From Desulfomonilia bacterium (lineage in GTDB: Bacteria; Desulfobacterota; Desulfomonilia; UBA1062): a stretch of 64,000 nt of DNA. Position 1 is the stretch's first letter. Each line of letters opens with the position of its first letter. The stretch lies in assembly GCA_050014195.1 (NCBI GenBank), contig JBEKDT010000015.1, positions 32,001 to 96,000 of the forward strand. Direction: 5' to 3'. This document shows, in pieces, positions 51,287-59,066 of this stretch. The notes under the pieces are model-generated. The model did not search any database, was not told the DNA's origin, and saw only the letters and a list, made by a program, of their open reading frames with translations. The translations under genes and the position numbers were made by a program.

Positions 51287-51994
51287 ATGGCTGATGTGTA
51301 CATGGTCACTAGAACATCGACAAATCACCAGGACCTTTCCATTGAGGCCCAGGATGCAGCCCTGAGAAAATGGGCTATGAATCATGGGCACATTGTGAAG
51401 GGTATTTCCACAGAGGACGGGGTGAGTGGTGGACGGGACATTAAGAAGCGTCATATTATGAAGATCCTCAACAAGATGGGCAAAGGTGACATCCTGGCTA
51501 CGTATTCATGGAGTAGGCTGACGAGAAGCCTTTCAGACCTGATGGAAATTGCCAAGATCCTGGAAAAGAAGGGGTCACATTTGGTGAGTCTCGTAGAGCA
51601 GATTGATACGAGCACCCCACAGGGCAGACTCTTCTATCACATCATGGGGTCTATGCATCAGTTTGAAAGAGAGCTGATTGCTCAGCGAGTTAGGTTTGGA
51701 CTGGACCACAAACGGTCAAAATCTGAGAAGTTGGGTGGCATGATTCCATTCGGCTATGATGTGAAGGTGGTTCCCGGTATGAATCGCAAGGGTGAGCCGA
51801 CCAAGATCAAGAAGCTGGTCCCAAACGAGAAAGAGCATTTTATCATAGAGAAGATACTTACATTGCGACGGGAGTCATGCACTTTGAAGAATATTGCCAA
51901 TACACTGAATGCCGAGGGCATCCCGACCAAGAATGGCAGTGTATGGCTTTCGGGCCAGATAAATAGGATAGTTCGACGGGAGGCAAGGGCATGA
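51287..51994 (+). CDS. Serine recombinase (resolvase domain plus short DNA-binding recombinase domain)
   Basis: RTSTNHQ..SIEAQ catalytic motif, SRLTRS, IDTSTPQGRL, FERELI, PFGY, IANTLNAEGIPT. Confidence 0.92.
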   Translation: MADVYMVTRTSTNHQDLSIEAQDAALRKWAMNHGHIVKGISTEDGVSGGRDIKKRHIMKILNKMGKGDILATYSWSRLTRSLSDLMEIAKILEKKGSHLVSLVEQIDTSTPQGRLFYHIMGSMHQFERELIAQRVRFGLDHKRSKSEKLGGMIPFGYDVKVVPGMNRKGEPTKIKKLVPNEKEHFIIEKILTLRRESCTLKNIANTLNAEGIPTKNGSVWLSGQINRIVRREARA

Positions 51995-53610
51995 CTACGG
52001 ATGGATTGAAACCACCTCTACGTTTTGGGGTGCTGTGCCGTGTTAGCACCGAACCTCAGGAAAAGCGTGGGGAATCCCTGAACAATCAAAAGAAGCAGGT
52101 CGAGTCTGCCGTGAAATATCTTGGTGGGATAATTACCATGCGATATGAGGGGCAAGAGCATAGTACACCAGGATCTGAACGAGAGATGCTTGACAGGGCT
52201 CTCGTAGATTCTGGCAAAGGTCTCTTCGATGCATTTATGGTCCCTGATCTCACAAGATGGACCAGGGACAATGAAAAGAATAAGCAGAGTATCAGAATTT
52301 TTAGGATGAACAAGATACGCTTTTTTGTAGGAACGATGGAGTTCAATTTAAACAAGTCTCATGATCGAATGATGATTGGAATGACGACAGAGGTCGGAGA
52401 AGGCACCGCTGGCTATATGGCAGAGAGGAGCAAGGAATGTCGTCATGATCTATTTAGTAAAGGAGTGCCATGTGTCGGTCAGAAACCCTATGGACGAAAG
52501 TATGACAAGAAGACAGGCACATGGAGTATCGACGAAGAAAAGAAGGAAATGATTAAGATAGCAGTCAAGAAGTTTCTATCAAAGATAGGCCGTGAGAAAA
52601 TAGGCCGTGAGAAAATTGCAGAGGAAATGGGAATTTCTCCAAGCACATTGTATATCATCTTCAAAAAATTCCTTGGTGATACATGGACCACTAAAATGGG
52701 GACAATGAAAATCCCTCCCCTGATTGAGGATCAGAAAATCATTAAAGCAGTCCATGAGAGACTTGAAAACAACAAGACCATCAACCATGATCCACGTGGG
52801 AAACATGCATATCTGTTATCCAGCATCATATTTTGCGCTGATTGCGGACTCACCCTGAATGGCGTTCCCGATCAGATGAACTATGGAAAGACTGAGGCCC
52901 AATATAAATATAGGTACAGACACCCAAAGAACAAAAGCATCAAGCGTTTTTGCCCAAATTATAAAGCATGGGACATCAGGGCAGAGGACATAGAAGAAGC
53001 TGTGATAATCCAAATGCTATATCTTTTTGGACATAGAGAAGCATTAGAGAAGTCCATATTAAGAACTGTCCCCAATAATGAAAAATTGCAAGAACTGTCT
53101 GCCACCAAGGCAAGGTATAATAAGGAGTTCGATAATATTGAAAAAGAAATACAGACCCTCATTGAAAAAACCGTCAAAGGAATATTTACGGATGAAGAAG
53201 CAAGACCCACTATGGAAAAATATCGTGAACGCAAGAGATTCCTCAAACTAGAGATGGATAATCTCGATACTCAGATTGGACAATCACCAACCAAAAAAGA
53301 GCTTAGTGCACTTGCCAAAAGAGTTCACCAACAGGCTTGGAAGGCACTTTATCAAAATCCTGCAAAAATGACATGGACTCAGAAACGGGAACTTTTGTTA
53401 AAGGTATTTTTAGGGAAGCATGTCTCTGGCGATAAACCAGGTATCTATGTCAAAAAAGTTGATGATGTCGTGCATTATTCTATCAAAGGACTAATCAATC
53501 AGGAGATTGAGGGGTGTCTTCCAATGAGCGATTGGGAGAGGGAAGAATTGCTAGATAATCCTATAAAAGCAAAAGGGAATAATATAACAAGTAAATTTAA
53601 CAATTACTGA
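51991..53610 (+). CDS. Large serine recombinase (integrase)
   Basis: CRVSTEPQ..SL..Q, DLTRWTR, KPYG, PPLI, YLLSSIIFCADCG Zn ribbon, coiled coil; the stop codon straddles the att junction. Confidence 0.92.
   Translation: MTTDGLKPPLRFGVLCRVSTEPQEKRGESLNNQKKQVESAVKYLGGIITMRYEGQEHSTPGSEREMLDRALVDSGKGLFDAFMVPDLTRWTRDNEKNKQSIRIFRMNKIRFFVGTMEFNLNKSHDRMMIGMTTEVGEGTAGYMAERSKECRHDLFSKGVPCVGQKPYGRKYDKKTGTWSIDEEKKEMIKIAVKKFLSKIGREKIGREKIAEEMGISPSTLYIIFKKFLGDTWTTKMGTMKIPPLIEDQKIIKAVHERLENNKTINHDPRGKHAYLLSSIIFCADCGLTLNGVPDQMNYGKTEAQYKYRYRHPKNKSIKRFCPNYKAWDIRAEDIEEAVIIQMLYLFGHREALEKSILRTVPNNEKLQELSATKARYNKEFDNIEKEIQTLIEKTVKGIFTDEEARPTMEKYRERKRFLKLEMDNLDTQIGQSPTKKELSALAKRVHQQAWKALYQNPAKMTWTQKRELLLKVFLGKHVSGDKPGIYVKKVDDVVHYSIKGLINQEIEGCLPMSDWEREELLDNPIKAKGNNITSKFNNY
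53582..53610. other. Right att junction (core CT 53607-53608)
   Basis: Element arm ATATAACAAGTAAATTTAACAATTA-CT then host GAATTG. Confidence 0.85.
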
Positions 53611-54364
53611 ATTGAAAAATGGTTATGCTTTCCCTGAACATGGTCCTCTCATACAGACCGGAAGCGAACTTCCCGGTCAGTTCGTTGCATGTGTTTTTGT
53701 AGCTCATCACCTGCGAATTGTGGTTTGATGCTATGGAACCGATGTCTGCAACAATACCGTTCAGGTCGTCCACCGTCTTCTGCAGGTCCGCTTGTTGGGC
53801 CTGGAGGCCTTCCAACTCGGCATCGAGGGACTGCTTCTGCCCGGAAAGACTTTGAAAGGTTCCCCTGGAGACGGTGTCATCCTTATTCGCTGCATCAAGC
53901 TCAGCCCTGTAGGCATTCAGGTGCCTCATGTATGCATCATATTGCGCTGAATAGGCGGCATTCTTCCGCTCCACCTCGGCTTTAAGATCATTGTACAGGG
54001 ACATGAGCTCATCATACGATGCCTTTGCATCGTCTATGCCTCTGCTGATGTTTTTCAGATTGTCCGTTACTGCCTGCCGGTTGTCATACACCAGGTCTAT
54101 CTCGATGGAGCCGGCCGGGTCTTCCTGGAAGATCTTGTGCCCGATGGCCTTCTCCCACATGGCGACCGCCTCATGAACGGCATCCGTAACCTCCTGCCTG
54201 CTCAATCCGAAGCGCTCATCGATGGAGTTGATGCGGTAGGTCATGATCGTGTTGAATGCCTCTGATCTGCCCTGGAAGATGCAGACAAAGAGGATACAGA
54301 TGATGATTTGTGGCAGATACCTGATGGGGCTTAAGGGGTGGCTCGTGTATGCATTTTTCATCAT
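53609..54364 (-). pseudogene. N-terminal part of the interrupted secreted matrixin-like metalloprotease
   Basis: Signal peptide, YRINSIDERFGLS, AMWEKAIG, LVYDNRQ, coiled coil, GLY...ITIFQF; joins 39834-40004 in frame. Confidence 0.85.
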
Positions 54365-54415
54365 GGTGGTACAGATATTTTTCGGGTGATATTCTAAAAA
54401 GCTTAACAGGCTACT

Positions 54416-54657
54416 TGTTCTCACCACGAAGGACTTAGCGCAGCATAGCCGCAACCAAAATGAGCTTGGGATTTGAGCAGACATAGAAGTCCTTCACCAC
54501 GAAGAGCACTTTAGGACACGAAGAAAGGAAACCTTTTGAAATAGTGGAACGGTTCAAAGAACCCACGATTGTCTGTTATGCATTTCTTAGATCATCTTCG
54601 TGCTCTTCGTGTCCTTCGTGGTGAAATTTCCCTGTGTGTGCTCTTCAACGATCCGGG
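54416..54657. repeat. Dispersed MITE/REP-like repeat, copy 3
   Basis: Same flanks as copy 2, but the interior is reverse-complemented between CACCACGAAG and CTTCGTGGTG. Confidence 0.85.
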
Positions 54658-54696
54658 GAATTCCAGGGACACCCTACTTAATTCTTGCATTCCAGA

Positions 54697-55008
54697 CTAC
54701 GCTGCTTCGTGATGCGGTTGCACCTCGCTATCGATTCTTTCCTTGAGTTTCTCCTGCGCTACCTCGAGATCGTAGTGGGTCTGAAGGTTCATCCAGCTCT
54801 GGGCATCGGTGTTGAAGAAACGTGCAAGCCTCAGGACAGTGTCTGCAGTGATGGAACGCTTACCTGCAATAATCTCTCCTATGCGCCTCTGGGGAACGCC
54901 TATGGATTTGGCCAGACGGTACTGGGTAATGCCCATGGGCTTGAGGAAATCCTCCAGGAGTATCTCTCCGGGATGAACAGGGGGCAGTGCCCTCTTCATA
55001 ATCTTCAT
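54697..55008 (-). CDS. higA: HigA-family antitoxin
   Basis: PVHPGEILLEDFLKPMGITQYRLA, RSITADT, WMNLQ. Confidence 0.92.
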   Translation of the reverse strand: MKIMKRALPPVHPGEILLEDFLKPMGITQYRLAKSIGVPQRRIGEIIAGKRSITADTVLRLARFFNTDAQSWMNLQTHYDLEVAQEKLKERIDSEVQPHHEAA

Positions 55009-55029
55009 GGGATGTCTCCTTTTTCTTTT

Positions 55030-55062
55030 TCAGTGGTAATCCACTATCTCCACATCAGCGGT
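55030..55062 (-). pseudogene. higB: C-terminal remnant of HigB toxin
   Basis: Reads ADVEIVDYH*, the typical HigB terminus, about 20 nt upstream of higA. Confidence 0.65.
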
Positions 55063-55085
55063 CAAATCTATTTTACGATCAACAA

Positions 55086-55784
55086 TCAAATCTTAAAGGC
55101 CTCAATGGAGCTCATAAATTCATACATCTTATCCGATGCGTTTCTGATGATCCTCAGCAGTTCCTTCCTCCATCTTCCCGGCATGCCTGCATAGATGTCC
55201 CGGAGCATGCGCCTCTGGCTCTCATGGCCTAAAAGATATTCGCCCACCTGCCGCGCCGTCTCGATGTCCTTCTCCCTCTTGAATGATTTTGTGCGCCTGC
55301 CGCTTATGATGAACTTGTGCAGTACATAGGCTGCCGGCTCCGGCACATTGATGGATATGCCGTTGTAAGAAGCCCTCATCACATGCCCCTGGAGAAGATC
55401 CAGATACCTCAATCCCTGGGCGTCTACATGGAGCTTCTCGATAGCGTAAGGCTTGTCCCTGCCTTTGCCCCTTTCGGGCGTGAGAAATTCCACTTCAAGA
55501 TCCGGATGGACATATTTCACGTATCCGTCCAGCATCGAAATATTCCTATCGAACCCAAGCCTTTCCAGGATCCGGGAGACATCAACATCCTTTTGAATAT
55601 GCGGCGGGTTGGGGACCATGAAGTCTAGATCCGTCGTCCTCTGCATGGAGATCTCTGCCGGGTTGCCGAAGTATTCCCTGTACACCAGCGGACACCATCC
55701 GCCGATGAGAATGATGTCCTGAAGGACCTCCTCCTCATCGAGTCTGGTCAAAACCGCAAAGAACAGATCATGTTCTCTTCCCAC
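55086..55784 (-). CDS. Nucleotidyltransferase-fold protein (GSU2403-like)
   Basis: LIGGW, RTTDLDF, VEFLTP, PEPAAYVLHK, KREKD. Confidence 0.75.
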   Translation of the reverse strand: MGREHDLFFAVLTRLDEEEVLQDIILIGGWCPLVYREYFGNPAEISMQRTTDLDFMVPNPPHIQKDVDVSRILERLGFDRNISMLDGYVKYVHPDLEVEFLTPERGKGRDKPYAIEKLHVDAQGLRYLDLLQGHVMRASYNGISINVPEPAAYVLHKFIISGRRTKSFKREKDIETARQVGEYLLGHESQRRMLRDIYAGMPGRWRKELLRIIRNASDKMYEFMSSIEAFKI

Positions 55785-56082
55785 GCAGGGCCCTCTTTAC
55801 TTCCTTGAGATTTTCCCTCACCTGGCGCAGTTTGGCCTGGTATTCCCTTCTCTGGTGGATACGGTTATCAAGGGCATCACGCACCTCAGGGACATCTCTG
55901 CCGACATAATCGAAGATGACCTTCTCGCCCTCACGCCGGGCAAGATAGAGGTACCTTCTGCCTCCCCTCTCTTTTGCTGAAATTGATCCCCGGGGGGCTT
56001 CCTCGATCTTCTTCCTGTAGAAATCCAGGAGCTCTTCCAGCCGTTTCCGCTCTTCTTCCAGGATACCCATCATGACGCTCAT
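55768..56082 (-). CDS. Small partner protein overlapping the nucleotidyltransferase gene
   Basis: GGAGG RBS; PRGSI...YLYLARREGEKVIFDYVG flanked by helices. Confidence 0.7.
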   Translation of the reverse strand: MSVMMGILEEERKRLEELLDFYRKKIEEAPRGSISAKERGGRRYLYLARREGEKVIFDYVGRDVPEVRDALDNRIHQRREYQAKLRQVRENLKEVKRALRGKRT

Positions 56083-56219
56083 GCCTTCCTCCTGTCTAAC
56101 AACTGGCCTATATTCTAATAATTGTTAGGCAATAAGTCAAGAGGGGAATTGCCTAACAATAAATAGTTTGAACATTCTTTGTTAGGCAATGATCCATCGA
56201 GCTTCATGATGATAAGGAC

Positions 56220-56614
56220 AAATCTCCCCTGTCCCCTCTTTACAAAAGAGGGTGACCTTTAACCAAGGTATGGAGCCGATTCATGTCTCCACAAGTTTCT
56301 TTCATGGATAACAGCGAGCCTCTCATGATGCGGGGTGTTTGCGATGGACTGAAGCAGTGATCTGGAGGGTTATGTTAAAGCTCAACCCACCCTACAAAAC
56401 TGAGAAATCTTTTAAAAAAAGCAAATTGCAAAAGTCCGAGATTGTCATTCCCGCGGAAGCTTCGAATCCAGTCTCTTCAAGAACTTCTGGATCCCCGCTT
56501 TCGCGGGGGTGACACTATTTTTGAGTTTTGCATTTGTCTCAATAGAAATGACATATCGCGTAATCCTGCGAGGAGACCCTCGTGCACTGGATTCGAAGCT
56601 TACGCGGGAATGAC
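56220..56614. repeat. Cluster of several REP-like palindrome families
   Basis: CCCCTGTCCCCTCTTTACAAAAGAGGG; ...CCCACCCTAC; GTCATTCCCGCG...GAATCCAG / CTGGATCCCCGCTTTCGCGGGGGTGAC and CTGGATTCG...GCGGGAATGAC. Confidence 0.7.
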
Positions 56615-56740
56615 ACTGAGGGTGTTTTCTCTTGGCTCATCAATTTATTAAGGTGCACGATAATACAACATTCCATGCTTATGCTCAGACAGACACCATC
56701 CGCCTTGACCCCATAGGCGTGCTCTGGTAATGCACAATTC

Positions 56741-57562
56741 ATGGATTTTCCCCTCATCGAGAAGGCCGTGAATCTGCTTCTAAGAGCGAAGCATGCGGTA
56801 GTCCTCACCGGTGCGGGGATATCGACCGAGTCAGGCGTTCCCGACTTCAGGTCTCCGGGCGGCATCTGGGAGCGTTATGACCCGAGCCTCTTCTTCTACG
56901 CCCGTTTTCTTGCAGAACCCGATGTGGTCTGGAAGTGCCTGATCGAGATGAACTCCTCGGGCGAGATGTCTTTGTGGGAGGCCAGGCCCAACCAGGGCCA
57001 CCTGGCGCTTTCCGCGCTGGAGGAGATGGGGATCGTCAAGGTAGTCATCACCCAGAACATCGACAACCTGCACCAGAAGGCAGGCAGCAAGCATGTCATC
57101 GAGTTCCACGGGAATATGCTCGTTTTCCGGTGTCTGAAGTGCGGACGCAAATACGGATTCGTGCAGCTCCTGGAGATTATCGCATCAAGCCCGTTCCTTC
57201 CGCCTCTTTGCGAATGTTCCGGCGTGCTTAAGCCGGATGCCGTATTCTTCGGCGAGGCCATCCCGCAAGATGCCCTGAAGGAGTCATTCCGGCACGCCCA
57301 GGAGTGCGATCTGATGCTCGTGATCGGGACCTCGGCCCAGATCGAGCCTGCGGCGTCTCTGCCCATCGTAGCCAAAGGGATGCACTCCATGTTCAGAGGA
57401 ATGGGCAGCCTTATCGCAAAGACGGGCTGCCATGTCATTGAGATCAACCGGGAGCCCACGCCGCTCACCGGCGAGGTGTCGGATTTCATCATACAGGGCA
57501 GCGCCGGAGAAATCCTTTCGACCATTGCCGGAAAGGTCAAGGAAAAGAGGGCGGCAGTATGA
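56741..57562 (+). CDS. cobB: NAD-dependent protein deacylase (Sir2 family)
   Basis: TGAGISTESGVPDFR, TQNIDNLH, HGN, CxxC...CEC, FGE, GTS. Confidence 0.92.
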   Translation: MDFPLIEKAVNLLLRAKHAVVLTGAGISTESGVPDFRSPGGIWERYDPSLFFYARFLAEPDVVWKCLIEMNSSGEMSLWEARPNQGHLALSALEEMGIVKVVITQNIDNLHQKAGSKHVIEFHGNMLVFRCLKCGRKYGFVQLLEIIASSPFLPPLCECSGVLKPDAVFFGEAIPQDALKESFRHAQECDLMLVIGTSAQIEPAASLPIVAKGMHSMFRGMGSLIAKTGCHVIEINREPTPLTGEVSDFIIQGSAGEILSTIAGKVKEKRAAV

Positions 57563-58371
57563 TCACCGGCAGGACAAAAGTCTTTACCATCCTCGCCCAT
57601 CCATCAACCCATGTCATGGCCCCTCTCATCTACAACCACATCTTCACTTCCATGGGGCTCGACATGACCTATATCAGCCATGACGTTCTGCCCGAAGCCA
57701 TTGCAGAGACCATAAAGTCGTTCTCAGGCTGGTGCAACCTGGGAGGGTTCAATGTAACCATCCCCCACAAAGAGGCCGTGGCCGCCCTTGTGGACAGCCG
57801 GTGCGAGGTTTCCACCCGGACACGTGTCGTGAATACGGTGGTGAGGCATGAAGACGGACAATTGTCCGGCCACAACACCGACGGCCTTGGTGCAGTGAAG
57901 GCCCTGGGCCTGGTTCATGGGGCTGCATGCCTGATGATAGGCGCAGGGGGTGCAGCCCGGGCCATTGTGGATGCCCTGCTGCACGAGGGCGCAAAGAGCG
58001 TGCTCATCCTGACCCGCTCGCGCGAAGGGGCGCTGCGGCTGCTAAGCCTGTTCCCCGGCAGTCCGGTGGGCATATACAATGGCGAACCCTTAAAAGATAT
58101 CGAGGTTGTGGTACAGGCAACCCCGGTGGCGGACAAGATCCCCTTCGGGCTCGATCCGGCCGGATTCACGCGCGGCACGCGCATCCTGGAGACCGTCATG
58201 CGGCCCACGGCCCTGTCGGAGGCGGCCGTGCATCATGGGCTTACGCTCATCGGCGGCCATGCCATGCTCTATCACCAGACAAGCAGGAACTTCGAGCTGT
58301 TTACCGGCCGTGAGCTCCCGAAGGATCGGTTGGATGATGCATTCGCATCGCTCGGGTACCGCCTGCCATGA
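57559..58371 (+). CDS. aroE: Shikimate dehydrogenase family protein
   Basis: NVTIPHK, VNT, NTDG, GAGGAARA. Confidence 0.85.
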   Translation: MITGRTKVFTILAHPSTHVMAPLIYNHIFTSMGLDMTYISHDVLPEAIAETIKSFSGWCNLGGFNVTIPHKEAVAALVDSRCEVSTRTRVVNTVVRHEDGQLSGHNTDGLGAVKALGLVHGAACLMIGAGGAARAIVDALLHEGAKSVLILTRSREGALRLLSLFPGSPVGIYNGEPLKDIEVVVQATPVADKIPFGLDPAGFTRGTRILETVMRPTALSEAAVHHGLTLIGGHAMLYHQTSRNFELFTGRELPKDRLDDAFASLGYRLP

Positions 58372-58532
58372 GAGTCTACCTGATCTGCACAAAACGCAAG
58401 TCAAGGCCCAAGGTCGCCTTGGAGGTGTGCAAGGCCTGCAGATATAACAGGTCGTGCAGACAATACGTGAACTACAGAAACCCTCTTCTCTTCCCCGAGC
58501 TTGAAAAACCTCAAGGAAATGCAATTTCTTGA
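58368..58532 (+). CDS. Small Cys-rich basic protein (54 aa)
   Basis: ATGA overlap with aroE; MRVYLICTKRKSRPKVALEVCKACRYNRSCRQY... Confidence 0.55.
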   Translation: MRVYLICTKRKSRPKVALEVCKACRYNRSCRQYVNYRNPLLFPELEKPQGNAIS

Positions 58533-58565
58533 CAGTATAGATCAATGGAACTATGTTAAATCCAT

Positions 58566-59066
58566 ATGCCGCGCAAAGAGATCCTCATCTACCCCGAATC
58601 CGCGCTGAAGGCCAGGGCCCAGGAGGTCGACAAGATCGACCTCGATATCATAACACTCGCGGATGACATGAAAGACGCCATGTATAATGCCCCGGGCGTG
58701 GGCCTTGCCGCCCCCCAGGTGGGGTGCTCCAAGCGGCTCATCCTCGTGGACCCCTCTGCAAACAAGGACTCGGGCAGTCTCCTGGTCATTATCAACCCGG
58801 TCATTGTGGAGAGTGAGGGCTCGGTGGAAGACAGTGAGATGTGCCTGAGCGTGCCCGAGGTCTCCGTGGATGTGAAGAGGGCTGAAAGGGTCCTTCTCAA
58901 AGGGGTCAACCTCGACGGCAAAGAGATCCGCATAGAGGCGGAAGGGTTTCTGGCACGCATATTCCAGCATGAGATCGACCATCTCAACGGCAAGGTCATT
59001 TTGGATTACGCCTCGACTCTCAAGCGGGCCATCTATCTGAAGAAGAGGAAAAAGGGCAAGATATGA
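58566..59066 (+). CDS. def: Peptide deformylase
   Basis: GVGLAAPQVG, EMCLS (EGCLS variant), QHEIDHLNG. Confidence 0.95.
   Translation: MPRKEILIYPESALKARAQEVDKIDLDIITLADDMKDAMYNAPGVGLAAPQVGCSKRLILVDPSANKDSGSLLVIINPVIVESEGSVEDSEMCLSVPEVSVDVKRAERVLLKGVNLDGKEIRIEAEGFLARIFQHEIDHLNGKVILDYASTLKRAIYLKKRKKGKI

Larger units (their letters stand above)
40005..53608. mobile_element. 13,604-bp serine-recombinase-integrated, capsid-encoding, apparently tailless phage-like element (satellite or reduced prophage)
   Basis: AT-rich shift, head genes, two serine recombinases at the right end, inverted att arms; splits a host gene in frame. Confidence 0.88.

Noticed and set aside
40005-53608. Encapsulin or gene transfer agent interpretation
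   Set aside because: Portal and terminase argue against an encapsulin; att sites, integrases, AT-rich composition and the lack of tail genes argue against a domesticated GTA.
39990-53620. tRNA-targeted integration with long direct repeats
   Set aside because: No tRNA-like sequence seen; the ends share only a 2-bp core with inverted arms.
54365-54484. N-terminal 40 aa of track ORF 53597..54484
   Set aside because: It runs through repeat copy 3; the signal peptide indicates a start at MMKNAY (54364/54361).
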